Shown here piece after piece: positions 25,201 to 39,439 of a DNA stretch of 64,000 nt. This DNA comes from Antedon mediterranea (lineage: Eukaryota; Animalia; Echinodermata). The notes below the pieces were generated by a model, which was not told where the DNA came from, did not search any database, and worked only from the letters and a program-made list of their open reading frames with translations. Numbering within the stretch: the stretch's first letter is position 1; every line of letters begins with the position of its first letter. Location of the stretch: contig NC_092673.1 in NCBI RefSeq assembly GCF_964355755.1, positions 35,771,648 through 35,835,647 of the forward strand, given 5' to 3'. The position numbers were made by a program, and so were the translations under genes.

Positions 25201-28200
25201 TAGTATCGTATCATTCTGCATCATTGCCAGCATTCGGCGGTGATACGTTCTGTTAGTGTTAGTATTGTATCATTCTGCATTATTGCCAGCATTCGGCGGT
25301 GATACGTTCTGTTAGTGTTAGTATCGTATCATTCTGCATTATTGACAAATATTATGTACACACTATCTAAAGCTCTGTCTACACTATCAAACATTATGTG
25401 AAAAAATTTGATGTGCCCATATATGGACATAATGATATCACAACCATATTTGGGCATATCACTACCATATTCGGGCACACAATCTAAATGCTGAGATGAC
25501 AGTTGTTTGAACACATGACCAAATTAAAAGCATTCAATTCCCTGAACAGTGCTTGATATCATATAGTTAATAAGATACTGTCTTTGCACACACACAAATC
25601 CTCTCATTCCTTTAACAATCAACTGAAGGAAATTTAATGAGTCAATCTAAGTTTAAAAAAATGTGTAATACTGTAGGACAGTATAAGGTATATAAAATTA
25701 AAACATTTGAGTTTAATCTTCCATAAAAAATGCAAATAATATTTTTTTAAATTAATTTCAACAGTAAAAGTGAAGAAATATTTTAGAACTATCTTCTTAT
25801 TGATAAAAAATACCAAATTAGTTTTTGGAATTGTCTAGATTTGTATACCAAAGCCCCCCCCCCTCCCCCTTCCCCAACCACAAATTGTAATGCAAAAGAT
25901 AGGACATCCAATTAAGCTTTTCCCTTAATTTCACCATTTTTAAGCCGTGCATACCCCCCCCCCCCCTCCCTTATTTCAAAATCCTGGATCTGATACTTAA
26001 CTTGAAGAAAAAAAAAATGCACAGTGCTGTTAATATGAAAATGTTTTTTTTTGTTTTATTGTATGTAGTCACGGCTGACCACAATGAACAAGAACAGTCA
26101 CCTAAGTATGGACGAGATCCCTGAACCAATCATTTACAAGATACTGGTAATGATATGGGTCATTCTTATGGTTTGTTGGATTATCAACTGGACTATTTTC
26201 AACGAAGTAAGCAACTTTTCAATCAATAATCATTTTCACTACCCACCTCAATTCCCTAGCAGAGATCATCATTCATTTTCACTACCCACCTCAATTCCCT
26301 AGCAGAGATCATCATTCATTTTCACTACCCACCTCAATTCCCTAGCAGAGATCATCATTCATTTAATAATTATATTTAAAGCATCTTTGCCTCGTCTGTT
26401 TTTAACCTCTCACTACGGCCTTGGTTATGCCTTATGAGTTCAAGATTTTAATTTTCTCCTTTGTCCGTTCTTGAAGCATTGAGCAACACTCTTTCTTTTC
26501 AGAGTTTTAGATTTTTATTTTCTCCTTTGTTTGAGGAATGATAAATACATTAACATGCACTGTCTTTCAAATTAGTGTTAGTCAAACAGTTGTTAGTCAC
26601 ATGTATCACATGTAAATGAAAGGAAATGATAGGAGGGTATTTACACAAATAATGCATTGCATGCACTGGAGTCATGGGATGTTTTTATTGCAATTCAAAG
26701 CCTTACACAGGAACTGAGTGTCATACTCATTATTCAAGACCTGCTTTATATACTGAGTTGTTCAGTTACGGAAACAAAAATCTCCCCAAGAAATAATAAT
26801 CATGGGAAGCTACGATTGCAGTATTGAATATTAATTTTAAATGAGTCATAAATTTAATATCTATTAATTGCGTTTGATATCTTTCAAATTTAATTACCAT
26901 TGAAAACACGCTCTTTTAAATTAATGTTTTAAATTAAATTTCAATCTATTATTACATTCATTGTGGTTTAGCTTGCTCTGTGTCAAATGGCAAACAAAAA
27001 TATGCTGATTAAACATTTCCTGATGGGAACTGCTTGCCTGTCACAGTTAAAGTACAGTATAACACCAGATGAACACTATCAGAGTTTCAGAGTTATAAGT
27101 TAACTGATATGTATGTACTTATCGTTGATGTAACTATGATTCTATGCTTAAGCGGAGATAAGCATACAAGGTAGGCACTGTAACTGTACATAAGCATACA
27201 AGGTAGGCAGTTACTGTAACTGTACATAAGCATACAAGGTAGGCAGTTACTGTAACTGTACATAAGCATACAAGGTAGGCAGTTACTGTAACTGTACATA
27301 AGCATACAAGGTAGGCAGTTACTGTAACTGTACATAAGCATACAAGGTAGGCAGTTACTCTAACTGTACATAGAAAACCAATTTCAAATCTTTCATTGAC
27401 GAACTATTTGACAATAAAGTTATATTGTATCTTGTTTAAACTCAGCTAGTGCGTTTCAAAAACATTTTAGAAAACAAAGTGACTTTATCAAGCTCCTGTG
27501 GATGCTGTGACAAAATAAGCGAATTAACCTTTCTTGGCAGCAGAAACAGGATAAATTGTCAATAACCAAATAAATGGCAGTCTCAAAATAACGGTTAAAA
27601 CCCCCAATCGATTCGGTGTTAGAACGGCTTTGTAGCTGCAACGTCAACTGCACTGCAGTAACGTTTGAATTGACCGCCAGAGCCAATTGTATTTTGGTTA
27701 ATGCTAACGATTTCCATCGACAACCACCCACTGATTTAAACGGTTATATTGGAGCACAAATTTATCAGGAATGCCGTCGATATAAAAATTATATTTTAAA
27801 TCTAAACGGTTTATTCGGCGTTATGCAGCAGAAACAACCCACACACTCTTGAATACATGTTTATAAAAATGTCTAGTTAAATTTTAACAGGTAAATACCT
27901 TTTATTGATTAAGTAATTTAATGCTTTGAAGCAATTTGATGAAAACCATATTATAAAATTATTAATTTGAGAGTATTATTATTAATTGGCATCAATCAAT
28001 AACTTGACATAAAACATGACACAAGCCAGGAGCATGTTCTTGTAATAGCTTAATACACGCACAGGAGATATTTTGAACAAGTTATAGATGTTTTATTCAT
28101 AGCAGCAGAATAATCTAGATTGTAAAGTGATGGTAGGATAGGCTACAATTAATGCAATTGAGAAAATACTCAACATAAATCATAAGCTATCCAGCTTAAC

Positions 28201-31200
28201 ATAAGACCGTGATAATAATATCCATTTATAGCTTTGATGTGTAGCTAACAAATAAATGGTTCTAAAAAAATATAGTTACTGAATTTAAAAAGCAAAAAAT
28301 AATATACAAATTAGCCTATTTATTAAATTTATACTGTATTAGAATTGTTAGTTTTGATGTGAAGTTAAAGCTCTGTCTACACTATAAACTAGTTTGACAA
28401 AAAAGGTGTGATGTGCCCAAATATGGTAGTGATGTGACATCATCATGTCCATATATGGGCACATCAAATGTTGTCGTATACATTTTGATAATGTAGACAG
28501 GGCTTAGACATAATGGTTTTATACATAGTTTTAAGTTTTAAAACAAAAATGTGTTTAAAAAAAAATTATCATCTTCATTATATTTTGAATTACCGTACTG
28601 TTACTGTATTTTTATAGCCAAGCTCTCGGAGCTGTATTGCAAAAAATCAAAAATTACCAAACATTTGTTTTTTGTATCGCTGTGTTTATTAACATAAAAT
28701 ATGGAATGTGTCAGCAGCGTGTTCTTAGCTCAAGACTGATAAATTGCTAGAAATTATCGATATTACAGTATGCCTTACAATGTTTATGGCTGCACATTAA
28801 ATATTTTGTACATTAAGTAAGTCAGAAATAAACAGATAGGTTTTTGAAATGGTTAAAATAGTAATTGCAAAATCAAAAGTACTATTCATCAGCATCTTCA
28901 TATACTGTGGAGAACCTCATGTGAGTATAGTCAAACATGGTTTGGTCACATTTATGCATCTAGGCTTCCTAAATTTTCCTTAAATTTTGTGTACTGGTTT
29001 CATATTATTTAATATTAATATTACATTACAGTACTTCTTTTTTTAAAGATAATTTCAGATTTATTTATTTTATTTTTACATTTTGCCTTAATTTGGTTTT
29101 CGCAAATTATATCAAATGTCGTCCACACGTACAACAGTAGAAACTCTATTAAGGGGACATATTGAGGGATCAACAAAGTGTTACGGGTTGGCAGTAGGGG
29201 ACATATTGAGGGATCAACAAAGTGTTACGGGTTGGCAGTAGGGGACATATTGAGGGATCAACAAAGTGTTACGGGTTGGCCGTAGGGGACATATTGAGGG
29301 ATCAACAAAGTGTTACGGGTTGGCAGTAGGGGACATATTGAGGGATCAACAAAGTGTTACGGGTTGGCAGTAGGGGACATATTGAGGGATCAACAAAGTG
29401 TTACGGGTTGGCAGTAGGGGACATATTGAGGGATCAACAAAGTGTTACGGGTTGGCCGTAGGGGACATATTGAGGGATCAACAAAGTGTTGCGGGTTGGC
29501 AGTAGGGGACATATTGAGGGATCAACAAAGTGTTGCGGGTTGGCAGTAGGGGACATATTGAGGGATCAACAAAGTGTTGCGGGTTGGCAGTAGGGGACAT
29601 ATTGAGGGATCAACAAAGTGTTACGGGTTGGCAGTAGGGGACATATTGAGGGATCAACAAAGTGTTACGGGTTGGCAGTAGGGGACATATTGAGGGATCA
29701 ACAAAGTGTTACGGGTTGGCAGTAGGGGACATATTGAGGGATCAACAAAGTGTTACGGGTTGGCAGTAGGGGACATATTGAGGGATCAACAAAGTGTTAC
29801 GGGTTGGCAGTAGGGGACATATTGAGGGATCAACAAAGTGTTACGGGTTGGCAGTAGGGGACATATTGAGGGATCAACAAAGTGTTACGGGTTGGCAGTA
29901 GGGGACATATTGAGGGATCAACAAAGTGTTACGGGTTGGCAGTAGGGGACATATTGAGAGATCAACAAAGTGTTACGGGTTGGCAGTAGGGGACATATTG
30001 AGGGATCAACAAAGTGTTACGGGTTGGCAGTAGGGGACATATTGAGGGATCAACAAAGTGTTACGGGTTGGCAGTAGGGGACATATTGAGGGATCAACAA
30101 AGTGTTACGGGTTGGCCGTAGGGGACATATTGAGGGATCAACAAAGTGTTACGGGTTGGCAGTAGGGGACATATTGAGGGATCAACAAAGTGTTACGGGT
30201 TGGCAGTAGGGGACATATTGAGGGATCAACAAAGTGTTACGGGTTGGCCGTAGGGGACATATTGAGGGATCAACAAAGTGTTACGGGTTGGCAGTAGGGG
30301 ACATATTGAGGGATCAACAAAGTGTTACGGGTTGGCAGTAGGGGACATATTGAGGGATCAACAAAGTGTTACGGGTTGGTAGTAGGGGACATATTGAGGG
30401 ATTAACAAAGTGTTACGGGTTGGCAGTAGGGGACATATTAAGGGATCAACAAAGTGTTACGGGTTGGCCGTAGAAATATTGTTCGTGTCGCATGAAAGTG
30501 TCCCTAATAGAACAAATATGTTTTCTACGCGCACAATGTACAGTACTGTATTCCGGGGTAAACACAGGAGGCCTCAAAGCATTTTTAGCCTTTTTGACAT
30601 ATTTTAATGCCTGTTTTTTCCTCTGGGCACTTCTCAGGGCCCCCATAAGCTCCGGGGACCCTGGGTTTAGCCAGTTAGCGCTCATAGCCATAACACCACT
30701 GCACGTACCTGTACGCAGTGTAACAGCCTGGAGTAACATACTGCACTACCCTGAACATGCATAGTTATATAAGTTGGCAAATTATATGAATAATTTAATT
30801 GTTTGAGATAATTCCGCTATTCATCTACAGACCTACACAGACCTGTACCTAATGACCTTTAAACAAAAGATCTATCTTGCTGTTTCTGTATTAAATTCTT
30901 GATGTAATGTAAGCTATTTAGTATTCAATGAGAATAATGTCCAAAAATAATAGGCATGATTAACCTTTGACATCAATGACAGAAGTTTAATTAGAGACAT
31001 CTTAACAGACAATAGTAGTATCAAGTAATAATCTCATAATTTATTTTTTTTAAAACCATGTTTAATGAGGGTGATCCATCCAGCAATTGCTGATCATTAA
31101 GGACCCTCAGAGGTTCACAGGACAAACGTCTTATTACAAGACTTTGAGAGTGGAGTTGTAATTTTGTCCAGAAAAAATCCTGAAATGTGATTATAACCAC

Positions 31201-34200
31201 CAAGCCACAACTCCACTATTCTCATAATGTTAATATATGTTGATATATGTTAATATATGCAAAAGTTTGGGTGTTCAATAATTTATAAAATTCTTTATTT
31301 ACCAAACTGACTCATACAATATGTTTTTTAAAGCCAATATTACAGAAAACAAAATTAGTCTTTTTTTTGGATTGTACAGTATAAGACGTAATGCATTGCA
31401 TTTTTGTTTCTTGTTAAATTTTGTTGTCTGCACTCATGTTTTTCTTGATAATGGAATTGTCTATCCAAAAAACTTTCTTATACAATAATGTTTTTTAAAG
31501 CCAATTTTGTTGTTGGTACTCATTTTTTCTTTATGATCTAAATTCGTCTTTCCAAAATACAGAATGTATGAATTACTAGACTATGTTCATAGTATGCGAT
31601 ACAAAGTTCAGTTTCATCTGTCGGTTTAAAGTATAATGTCTTGCTTTAATATATGCTGTTATTGATTTGATATTTAACTGATGGATAGAATTAAAGGACT
31701 TGAGATGACTTACTAACTGCTGAAAGGCAACAACTTAAGTACTTACTGATCTATAATTCCCATGACAGTTTTTTTTTGTTTTTGTTGATAAAAATCTGTT
31801 ACTAACATACTGTAGCTCTGTCTACACTATCAAACTTGTGACAAAAAAATGCGATGTGCCCATATATGGACATGATGATGTCATATCACTACCATATTTG
31901 GGCAAATAGAGTAATCACCATATTTGGGCACATCACACTTTTTTTGTCAAACTAGTTTTATAGTGTGGACAGACCTTAAAAAAATGTTCATTGTAATGTT
32001 GAAATACTGTAATACTAAGTATTGTTCCAGTATCATGCACTTAATGTTCATTGACCTTTAGCCAATCAGCTTGGTTACAAACAGTGTACTTTATATTAAT
32101 ATGAAATCCTTAATTTTTTTAACAGTACTCCAACAGCCTACACAAGTTCATGTTTGTTGCACCTACATTTAAGCTCACTAATCTAGTTATAGAAATGATT
32201 TACTGGCGTTATATGGATTCAACAGGTAATTGTCTAAAAACAGTTTAATTGGTTTTTTCTTCTTTTTTTATTGTTAGTTTCTTTTCATTCATCTACTAAA
32301 CAAACAAAACACACAACAAAAAAGAAATAAAGAATATTTTACTTTCAAATGCATAAAATACCCAGCCTCCTTTTCTTGTTATTTTAATTCAACTATTATT
32401 CATTCATTGTTTTTATATTGATTTTTTGGAGGAATTTTTTTGAAATAAATTGAATAACTTTTCTTTATCCTACTGGATGTCACTGTTAAATAATGAATTT
32501 TGCTACAAATATCATATTCCATAATTTTCTTTTTCTATCACTGTTTTCTCATTACACATTCCAGCATTTATTGCTGGGCAGTTTAGCAGATTCTATCTTC
32601 CCATAAAATCTATTCACACAATCAAACATTTTCACAAAATACACATAATCATTTGTGATGTATTCTGCGAAAATGATGAAATAATGAGGAAGGGAGTAAT
32701 GACCGTACGACTGTTAAGGTATAACTCATGAGCGTGACGTTATTACAACAATTCCAGCGTTATATTATTCCTCAGTTTTAACGTCAGTTGACAGAATGTT
32801 AAACAAAAGACGTTGTCTAAAGACATCCTGTCTCCTCAGTCCATAGAATTCTATTTTTAAAGAAAATTATAGATGAAATTGAAACTCATATTTCAAATAT
32901 GCCTATTGGCTTTAAAATATGCAAAAATAGACCTAATAATAACACTATGTAAAAGTCTGTATATCTCATAAAGTCAACTGATTATTTTTCAGCAGAACTG
33001 AACCCCTCCTTTGGGACAACAAGACAAACCCTATTATGCAGACACTTTCCCATGACACACGAACAAGGAAAAATATATGTTTTAAAAATTTAGCAAACCC
33101 CTATTCAGTGGACACTTATTAACATCACAGCCAACCCCTATTCAGTGGACACTAAGGGGACACTTTTTTTGGGTCCCAGGTGTTTAATAGGGGTTTTATC
33201 TAATTAGTAAAAACAACCCAAAAGCAATATTAAGAAAACTGAATGAAAATACAAATGATATCAAGATTAAATACTATAGTTTACACATGAGGAAAGTTAA
33301 TCAAGTATTTCAATAATTTAACGCAAATTAACGGAAATAATAAAGGTTACTTTACTTAGTTAGATAGCTTCATTAAAACATCATCATGACAGAGTTAACC
33401 AAAATTACTTGATAATCACGAAAATAATAAGATAATTTACAAATGCTGATCACATTCATTACCTAGAGTTTATCATTTCCTATTGAAACTTCAAAGTGGA
33501 CCTAGTACATAGTGTACATGCCAACATCTAATGTATTACAATACAATATCATTTGGACCTATATAGTACACAGTATGCCAACATCTAATGCATTACAATA
33601 CAATATCATTTGGACCTATTTAGTACACAGTATGCCAACATCTAATGCATTACATTACAATATCATTTGGACCTATTTAGTACACAGTATGCCAACATCT
33701 AATGCATTACAATACAATATCATTTGGACCTATTTAGTACACAGTATGCCAACATCTAATGCATTACAATACAATATCATTTGGACCTATTTAGTACACA
33801 GTATGCCAACATCTAATGCATTACAATACAATATCATTTGGACCTATTTAGTACACAGTATGCCAACATCTAATGCATTACAATACAATATCATTTGGAC
33901 CTATATAGTACACAGTATGCCAACATCTAATACATTACAATACAATATCATTTGGACCTATTTAGTACACAGTATGCCAACATATAATGCATTACAATAC
34001 AATATCATTTGGACCTATATAGTACACAGTATGCCAACATCTAATGCATTACAATACAATATCATTTGGACCTATTTAGTACACAGTATGCCAACATCTA
34101 ATGCATTACAATACAATATCATTTGGACCTATTTAGTACACAGTATGCCAACATCTAATGCATTACAATACAATATCATTTGGACCTATTTAGTACACAG

Positions 34201-37200
34201 TATGCCAACATCTAATGCATTACAATACAATATCATTTGGACCTATTTAGTACACAGTATGCCAACATCTAATGCATTACAATACAATATCATTTTGACC
34301 TATTTAGTACACAGTATGCCAACATCTAATGCATTACAATACAATATCATTTTGACCTATTTAGTACACAGTATGGCAACATCTAATGCATTACAATACA
34401 ATATCATTTGGACCTATTTAGTACACAGTATGCCAACATCTAATGCATTACAATACAATATCATTTGGACCTATATAGTACACAGTATGCCAACATCTAA
34501 TGCATTACAATACAATATCATTTGGACCTATTTAGTACACAGTATGCCAACATCTAATGCATTACAATACAATATCATTTGGACCTATATAGTACACAGT
34601 ATGCCAACATCTAATGCATTACAATACAATATCATTTGGACCTATTTAGTACACAGTATGCCAACATATAATGCATTACAATACAATATCATTTGGACCT
34701 ATATAGTACACAGTATGCCAACATCTAATGCATTACAATACAATATCATTTGGACCTATTTAGTACACAGTATGCCAACATCTAATGCATTACAATACAA
34801 TATCATTTGGACCTATTTAGTACACAGTATGCCAACATCTAATGCATTACAATACAATATCATTTGGACCTATTTAGTACACAGTATGCCAACATCTAAT
34901 GCATTACAATACAATATCATTTGGACCTATTTAGTACACAGTATGCCAACATCTAATGCATTACAATACAATATCATTTTGACCTATTTAGTACACAGTA
35001 TGCCAACATCTAATGCATTACAATACAATATCATTTTGACCTATTTAGTACACAGTATGGCAACATCTAATGCATTACAATACAATATCATTTGGACCTA
35101 TTTAGTACACAGTATGCCAACATCTAATGCATTACAATACAATATCATTTGGACCTATATAGTACACAGTATGCCAACATCTAATGCATTACAATACAAT
35201 ATCATTTGGACCTATTTAGTACACAGTATGCCAACATCTAATGCATTACAATACAATATCATTTGGACCTATTTAGTACACAGTATGCCAACATATAATG
35301 CATTACAATACAATATCATTTGGACCTATATAGTACACAGTATGCCAACATCTAATGCATTACAATACAATATCATTTGGACCTATATAGCACACAGTAT
35401 GGCAACATCTAATGCATTACAATACAATATCATTTGGACCTATATAGTACACAGTATGCCAACATCTAATGCATTACAATACAATATCATTTGGACCTAT
35501 TTAGTACACAATATGCCAACATCTAACAGTGCAGAATTGTCTAGTTAGCAAGGAATAATTTCGCCAGTGTAGCATAGCAAAAAGCCTATACAAAACATCC
35601 TTAATATTGCTACACATTTCTGATATTGTGTAGCAAAAAATACAATACAAAACTATGTTTCTCGACTAAAAAATCAGTTTGATTAGCAATATTGCTAAAG
35701 AAAATGTTAAAATGAAATTTTTCCTTGAGTAGTGTAAAGTATGCCAATTTTAATATTTACAATATTATTTTTCTAATGTTTCAATTCAATTATATTATTA
35801 TGTTTTTTAAAATTACAATATTTTTTAAACGTTTAAATATAACTTACAATATATCATTTTTCTAATGCTTGAATATGCCAATATATACCTGTAATGTTTC
35901 AATATTGTAATGAGTCATTCTTATAATATAATAATGATATCTTATATCATTTTTCTAATAATAATAGGTTAATATCATTATATTGTACATTGTAATTACA
36001 AAATAATTATATTGTATGTTACAATATGAAAATATAATTATTAATAGTTACATTTCAATATTACAATATAATTTTTATTTGAATATAATTTTTAAAATCA
36101 TTCTTTTAAACAGGAATAGAAAGACGGCCAATAGTAGTATGCCTTTATTTGATTTCAAGTATAGAAGACCTTTTACTATTTATAAGCATAATGATGGCCG
36201 CTGAAGGTTGGTGCGTCATGAGGCCATATATCAAACAGTGTCGTTCCGCACTCATTCCAAGTAAGTTTTACTATGTATCATAATTTGAGACATATCATTA
36301 TTGGGTGTGCTATAGAAATAGGCTATTAAAAAAACCTATGGCAGTGTGTTAAATGCAACTATGTAATACTAATAGAGGAATAAATCATAATTAAATTTAG
36401 ACTTAAAGCTCTGTCTACACTATCAAAATGTGATGTGCCCATATATGGACATGATGATGTCATATCACTACCATACATTTTTTGTCAAACTTGTTTAATA
36501 GTGTAGACAGAGCTTGAAGGTTTTACTTTACTATTTCAAAAGGATTTCCCATGATGCTCTACGATTTTCCACATTCATTTTAATGATTTAACATAATCTA
36601 TTAATTACGTTTCAGTTACGTTCTTCTTCTATGTTGCTTCCGAGCTGTGTGTCGTTTATGCAAATACATATTTTTTGGTAAGTTTATAAAATGCTGGATA
36701 CTCTCTCTCTAATTTGCAATAAGCATGTTGTCCCTTTAAATATTGAATCTAAATTAATGTTCTATAACTGTTAGTCTACCAATGCTTTCAATTACATTAT
36801 GAATAAGTTAGTTTCTCCATGGTACTACTGTATTAATGTTTTTTTTTCTTTACGTTTGTAGGCATTTGCTATTTCTTGCATTATCTTTACAATCTATCGC
36901 GCTTTGAAATGGTCTTCTGAAAGCATTGAAATCTTACAGCGCCAGATAACAATCACAAGACATCTGGTCTCAATTAAGGAGATATACTTTGAAGGCAACA
37001 GCCCCGAAGCTCCTTTACTAAAGAAACTTAGAATCTACACGCGACTACGACAATTGGTGGCGCTATACACAATAACTTACGCAGTGATCATCACAATCGG
37101 CTCTTTTCTTTCACAGTACACGTGGGTCAGAACGATAATATTTGAAATACCAGAGGTTTTAGTATACATTGCACTTGGATTTATATTTTATCTGCGAGAT

Positions 37201-37389
37201 TTTAGTCGGTATGAGACTGCAAGCTTAGAACTATTTCAAGATAACACTGTTGTAATGTTGTTACCAAGTCCAAATCATAAATGGCCTCAAAAACAAACTT
37301 TAATGCTTGGCCATGCAATTAATATGCCACGAGCAAACACTGACTTAAACACGCAGAAAGACATTCTACCAGCCCCTTCACCTGTTTAA
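19287..37389 (+). CDS. Divergent GOST-family (lung seven-transmembrane; GPR107/GPR108/TMEM87-like) protein, 8 exons, 505 aa
   Basis: Exons 19287-19517, 21249-21314, 22538-22783, 26069-26206, 32126-32225, 36114-36260, 36616-36677, 36862-37389. All GT-AG, phases consistent, 1518 nt. Signal-like hydrophobic N-terminus, luminal domain, then 7 hydrophobic helices. Family-like motifs N..SHLSMDEIPEPIIY, LHKFM..P..K, AEGWCVMRP, KLRIY, YTW....FE..LGFIF. Confidence 0.85.
20484..20724. repeat. 78-bp tandem repeat, 3 copies
   Basis: ATTACAATCAACCAATCAACCAGCACTATTG...GAGACTATAAAGTTGTAC x3. Confidence 0.9.
21818..21870. repeat. 12-bp tandem repeat
   Basis: (CTAAGTTGGTTA)n, ~4-5 copies. Confidence 0.85.
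23402..23515. mobile_element. MITE family A, partial
   Basis: Left TIR plus core. Confidence 0.75.
24082..24170. mobile_element. MITE family A, internally deleted
   Basis: AGCTCTGTCCACAC...GTTTGATAGTATAAACAGAGCT. Confidence 0.7.
25163..25344. repeat. 59-bp tandem repeat, 3 copies
   Basis: CATTGCCAGCATTCGGCGGTGATACGTTCTG... x3. Confidence 0.9.
25370..25480. mobile_element. MITE family A, partial
   Basis: Left TIR plus core with CArG boxes. Confidence 0.8.
26231..26363. repeat. 43-bp tandem repeat, 3 copies
   Basis: CATTTTCACTACCCACCTCAATTCCCTAGCAGAGATCATCATT x3. Confidence 0.9.
27158..27372. repeat. 36-bp tandem array, ~6 copies
   Basis: Unit ATAAGCATACAAGGTAGGCAGTTACTGTAACTGTAC. Confidence 0.93.
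28369..28504. mobile_element. MITE family A, full length
   Basis: Both TIRs, TAA/TAG flanks. Confidence 0.85.
29152..30472. repeat. 44-bp tandem array, ~30 copies, embedded in a family-D MITE
   Basis: Unit AGGGGACATATTGAGGGATCAACAAAGTGTTACGGGTTGGCAGT. Confidence 0.97.
31814..31976. mobile_element. MITE family A, full length
   Basis: Both TIRs; three perfect CArG boxes at 31860, 31892 and 31918. Confidence 0.85.
33497..35527. repeat. 57-bp tandem array, ~35 copies, with a 12-mer higher-order duplication
   Basis: Unit ATGCCAACATCTAATGCATTACAATACAATATCATTTGGACCTATTTAGTACACAGT. Confidence 0.97.
36407..36514. mobile_element. MITE family A, internally deleted
   Basis: Both TIRs, shortened core. 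Confidence 0.82.
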
Positions 37390-39077
37390 GAGTTAGTATC
37401 AGTTGTATACTTAAACACACAGAAAGACATACTACCAGTCCCTTTACAATGTTTGAACTTAAGAAATCTGAAAATGTAATATGAGAACTAAAAAAAAAAA
37501 AAAAAACGTCCTACCAGTCAATTTACATTGTTTGAATTTAAATTAAGACATCTGAAGTCTTGGTCAAACAATCCATATAACATTAGCACAGAAAAACGAA
37601 GTATTAAATTCTATAAATATGGTATTATCACATTTTTAAAAAGGATTTTTAAACAGTGATTAAAATTTAATATATGCTTTTATTTCAACTTTTATTAATA
37701 CAAAAAGCATGTACAATATAAATAACAGTATAATACAGAATAAAGGTAAAACAAGACTTAATATTATAGAAAGAGATTTGATGAATGAGATTTGATGAAT
37801 GAGTACTTCTGAAAGTAAATTAACATTTTGTGTTTTAATGCCCTCCTTATACCTTAATCACTGGTAATCAAGGTTGATTATTTTTGTTGTTTTAGCGTTC
37901 TATCCAAATTAATTTTCTTTTTTAAAACTGCAAAGAGTAAACATGAGACTGACATTTTGTACTTTTATAAATATGCAATATGTAATATTTGTAAATATTT
38001 TAGCAAACACTGTATGCATTTCTATCTATTAATTTAAGATTCCTAAAAGCAATTGCATTATATGTTAACATACCCTGTTGCCACAGTCTAACTTCTATTA
38101 GATATTATTATCAGATATTTGGATCATTTTGGTGGCATAATAATTAATATGCAACTAAAAATAAATATTCAAATAATGAACTTTTATGAGTGTAATGCTA
38201 CAAATAATGGCATGAGGTGAGTGAATGATGATTATATTTCAACAAGGCGAAGTATTGAACAACCATTCAATAGTTTGTACCATTGCATGCCATGTGACCC
38301 ACAATCTTCATATCATATGAAAGGAATTTATATAGGTGTTATATAAAATTAAATATAACAGGATTGTAATTTAGGTATATCATTATTTCAAGAATAAATT
38401 TATTTCTCAACAAAATTAAACTTTTAAGCAACAACTTAGTATATCCTGAGAAAAAGGTTTCTCGCAGCACAGTAATTCAGTAAAATTAGTAATTTAAATT
38501 ACAATTTTCACAAATGAGGTGACTGTATATTTCTTTAGTGTTGTCAGATTTCATGTATGTAATATGCAATTCAATTAACATTGCCTACTTAGCACTATTC
38601 ATTAGATAGTACATATTCACACAAATAATTCTTTCAGTGTAAGACGACGTAAGAATGATTAATATTATTTTGTATTATTAAACTGTACCAGTAATAGACA
38701 AACATGCCTAGTCAATGCAAACACTCTTTGATATGTGTAGACACCTACACATAACTTCATACACTATTTTCTACCCAAACGTTCATATATTGTGTTGTTT
38801 ATATCAATTTTTATACCATACTAAACATACTAAAGGAGTATTGAATACTATTGTAAAAACATGTGCAATCTTAACTACTGTAACTATCTTAATATATTAT
38901 TGTATGTTGGTATTATAAATGTGTACATTTGTATTGTGTTACTTCAATTGTCCTTCAATGTTAACAGTGCTAAGAAGAATGAGAAGAATATTATTATAAT
39001 TTTGACTCATTTTGCCAAGAAGTCTCTCATGTTCTACTTCCCTAAACAGAACTTATTATTATTTTGACTCGTTGGCC

Positions 39078-39390
39078 AACCTATCAACATACCAACCAAC
39101 CAACAGTACCTACCTACCTTTAAGTTTCTCACATACTACTCTCCTAATCAGAAGTTATTAATAATTATGTTGGCCAACCAACATACCAACCTACAGTACC
39201 TGCCAACTAACCTATCAACATACCTATCAACATACCTACCAACCAACCTACCAACCAACCTACAGTACCTACCAACCAACCTACAGTACCTACCAACCAA
39301 CCTACAGTACCTACCAACCAACCTACAGTACCTACCAACCAACCTACAGTACCTACCTACCAACCAACCTACAGTAGGCTACCTACCTAA
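39078..39390. repeat. Low-complexity 21-bp/ACCA-rich tandem repeat
   Basis: (ACCAACCAACCTACAGTACCT)n. Confidence 0.88.
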
Positions 39391-39411
39391 CTAGAATCTC
39401 TAATACATCTC

Positions 39412-39439
39412 TGCATTGCGTCTTAGTGGGAACCAAGCT
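39412..39439. mobile_element. MITE family B terminal fragment
   Basis: TTGCGTCTTAGTGGGAACCAAGCT followed by TTA. Confidence 0.6.

Noticed and set aside
29152-30472. Regular short repeats resembling a CRISPR array (also 4980-5286, 40884-41227, 44193-44948)
   Set aside because: Units are head-to-tail with no unique spacers, there are no cas genes, and the context is eukaryotic.
32107-32125. TCCTTAAT near an acceptor, suggesting a second U12 intron
   Set aside because: The matching donor at 26207 is GTAAGC, a normal U2 site.
33512-35548. 678-aa ORF with 19-aa repeats
   Set aside because: It is the translation of a 57-bp intronic tandem array with a unit length divisible by 3. It has a GTG start, no usable splice sites and no sign of codon-level constraint.
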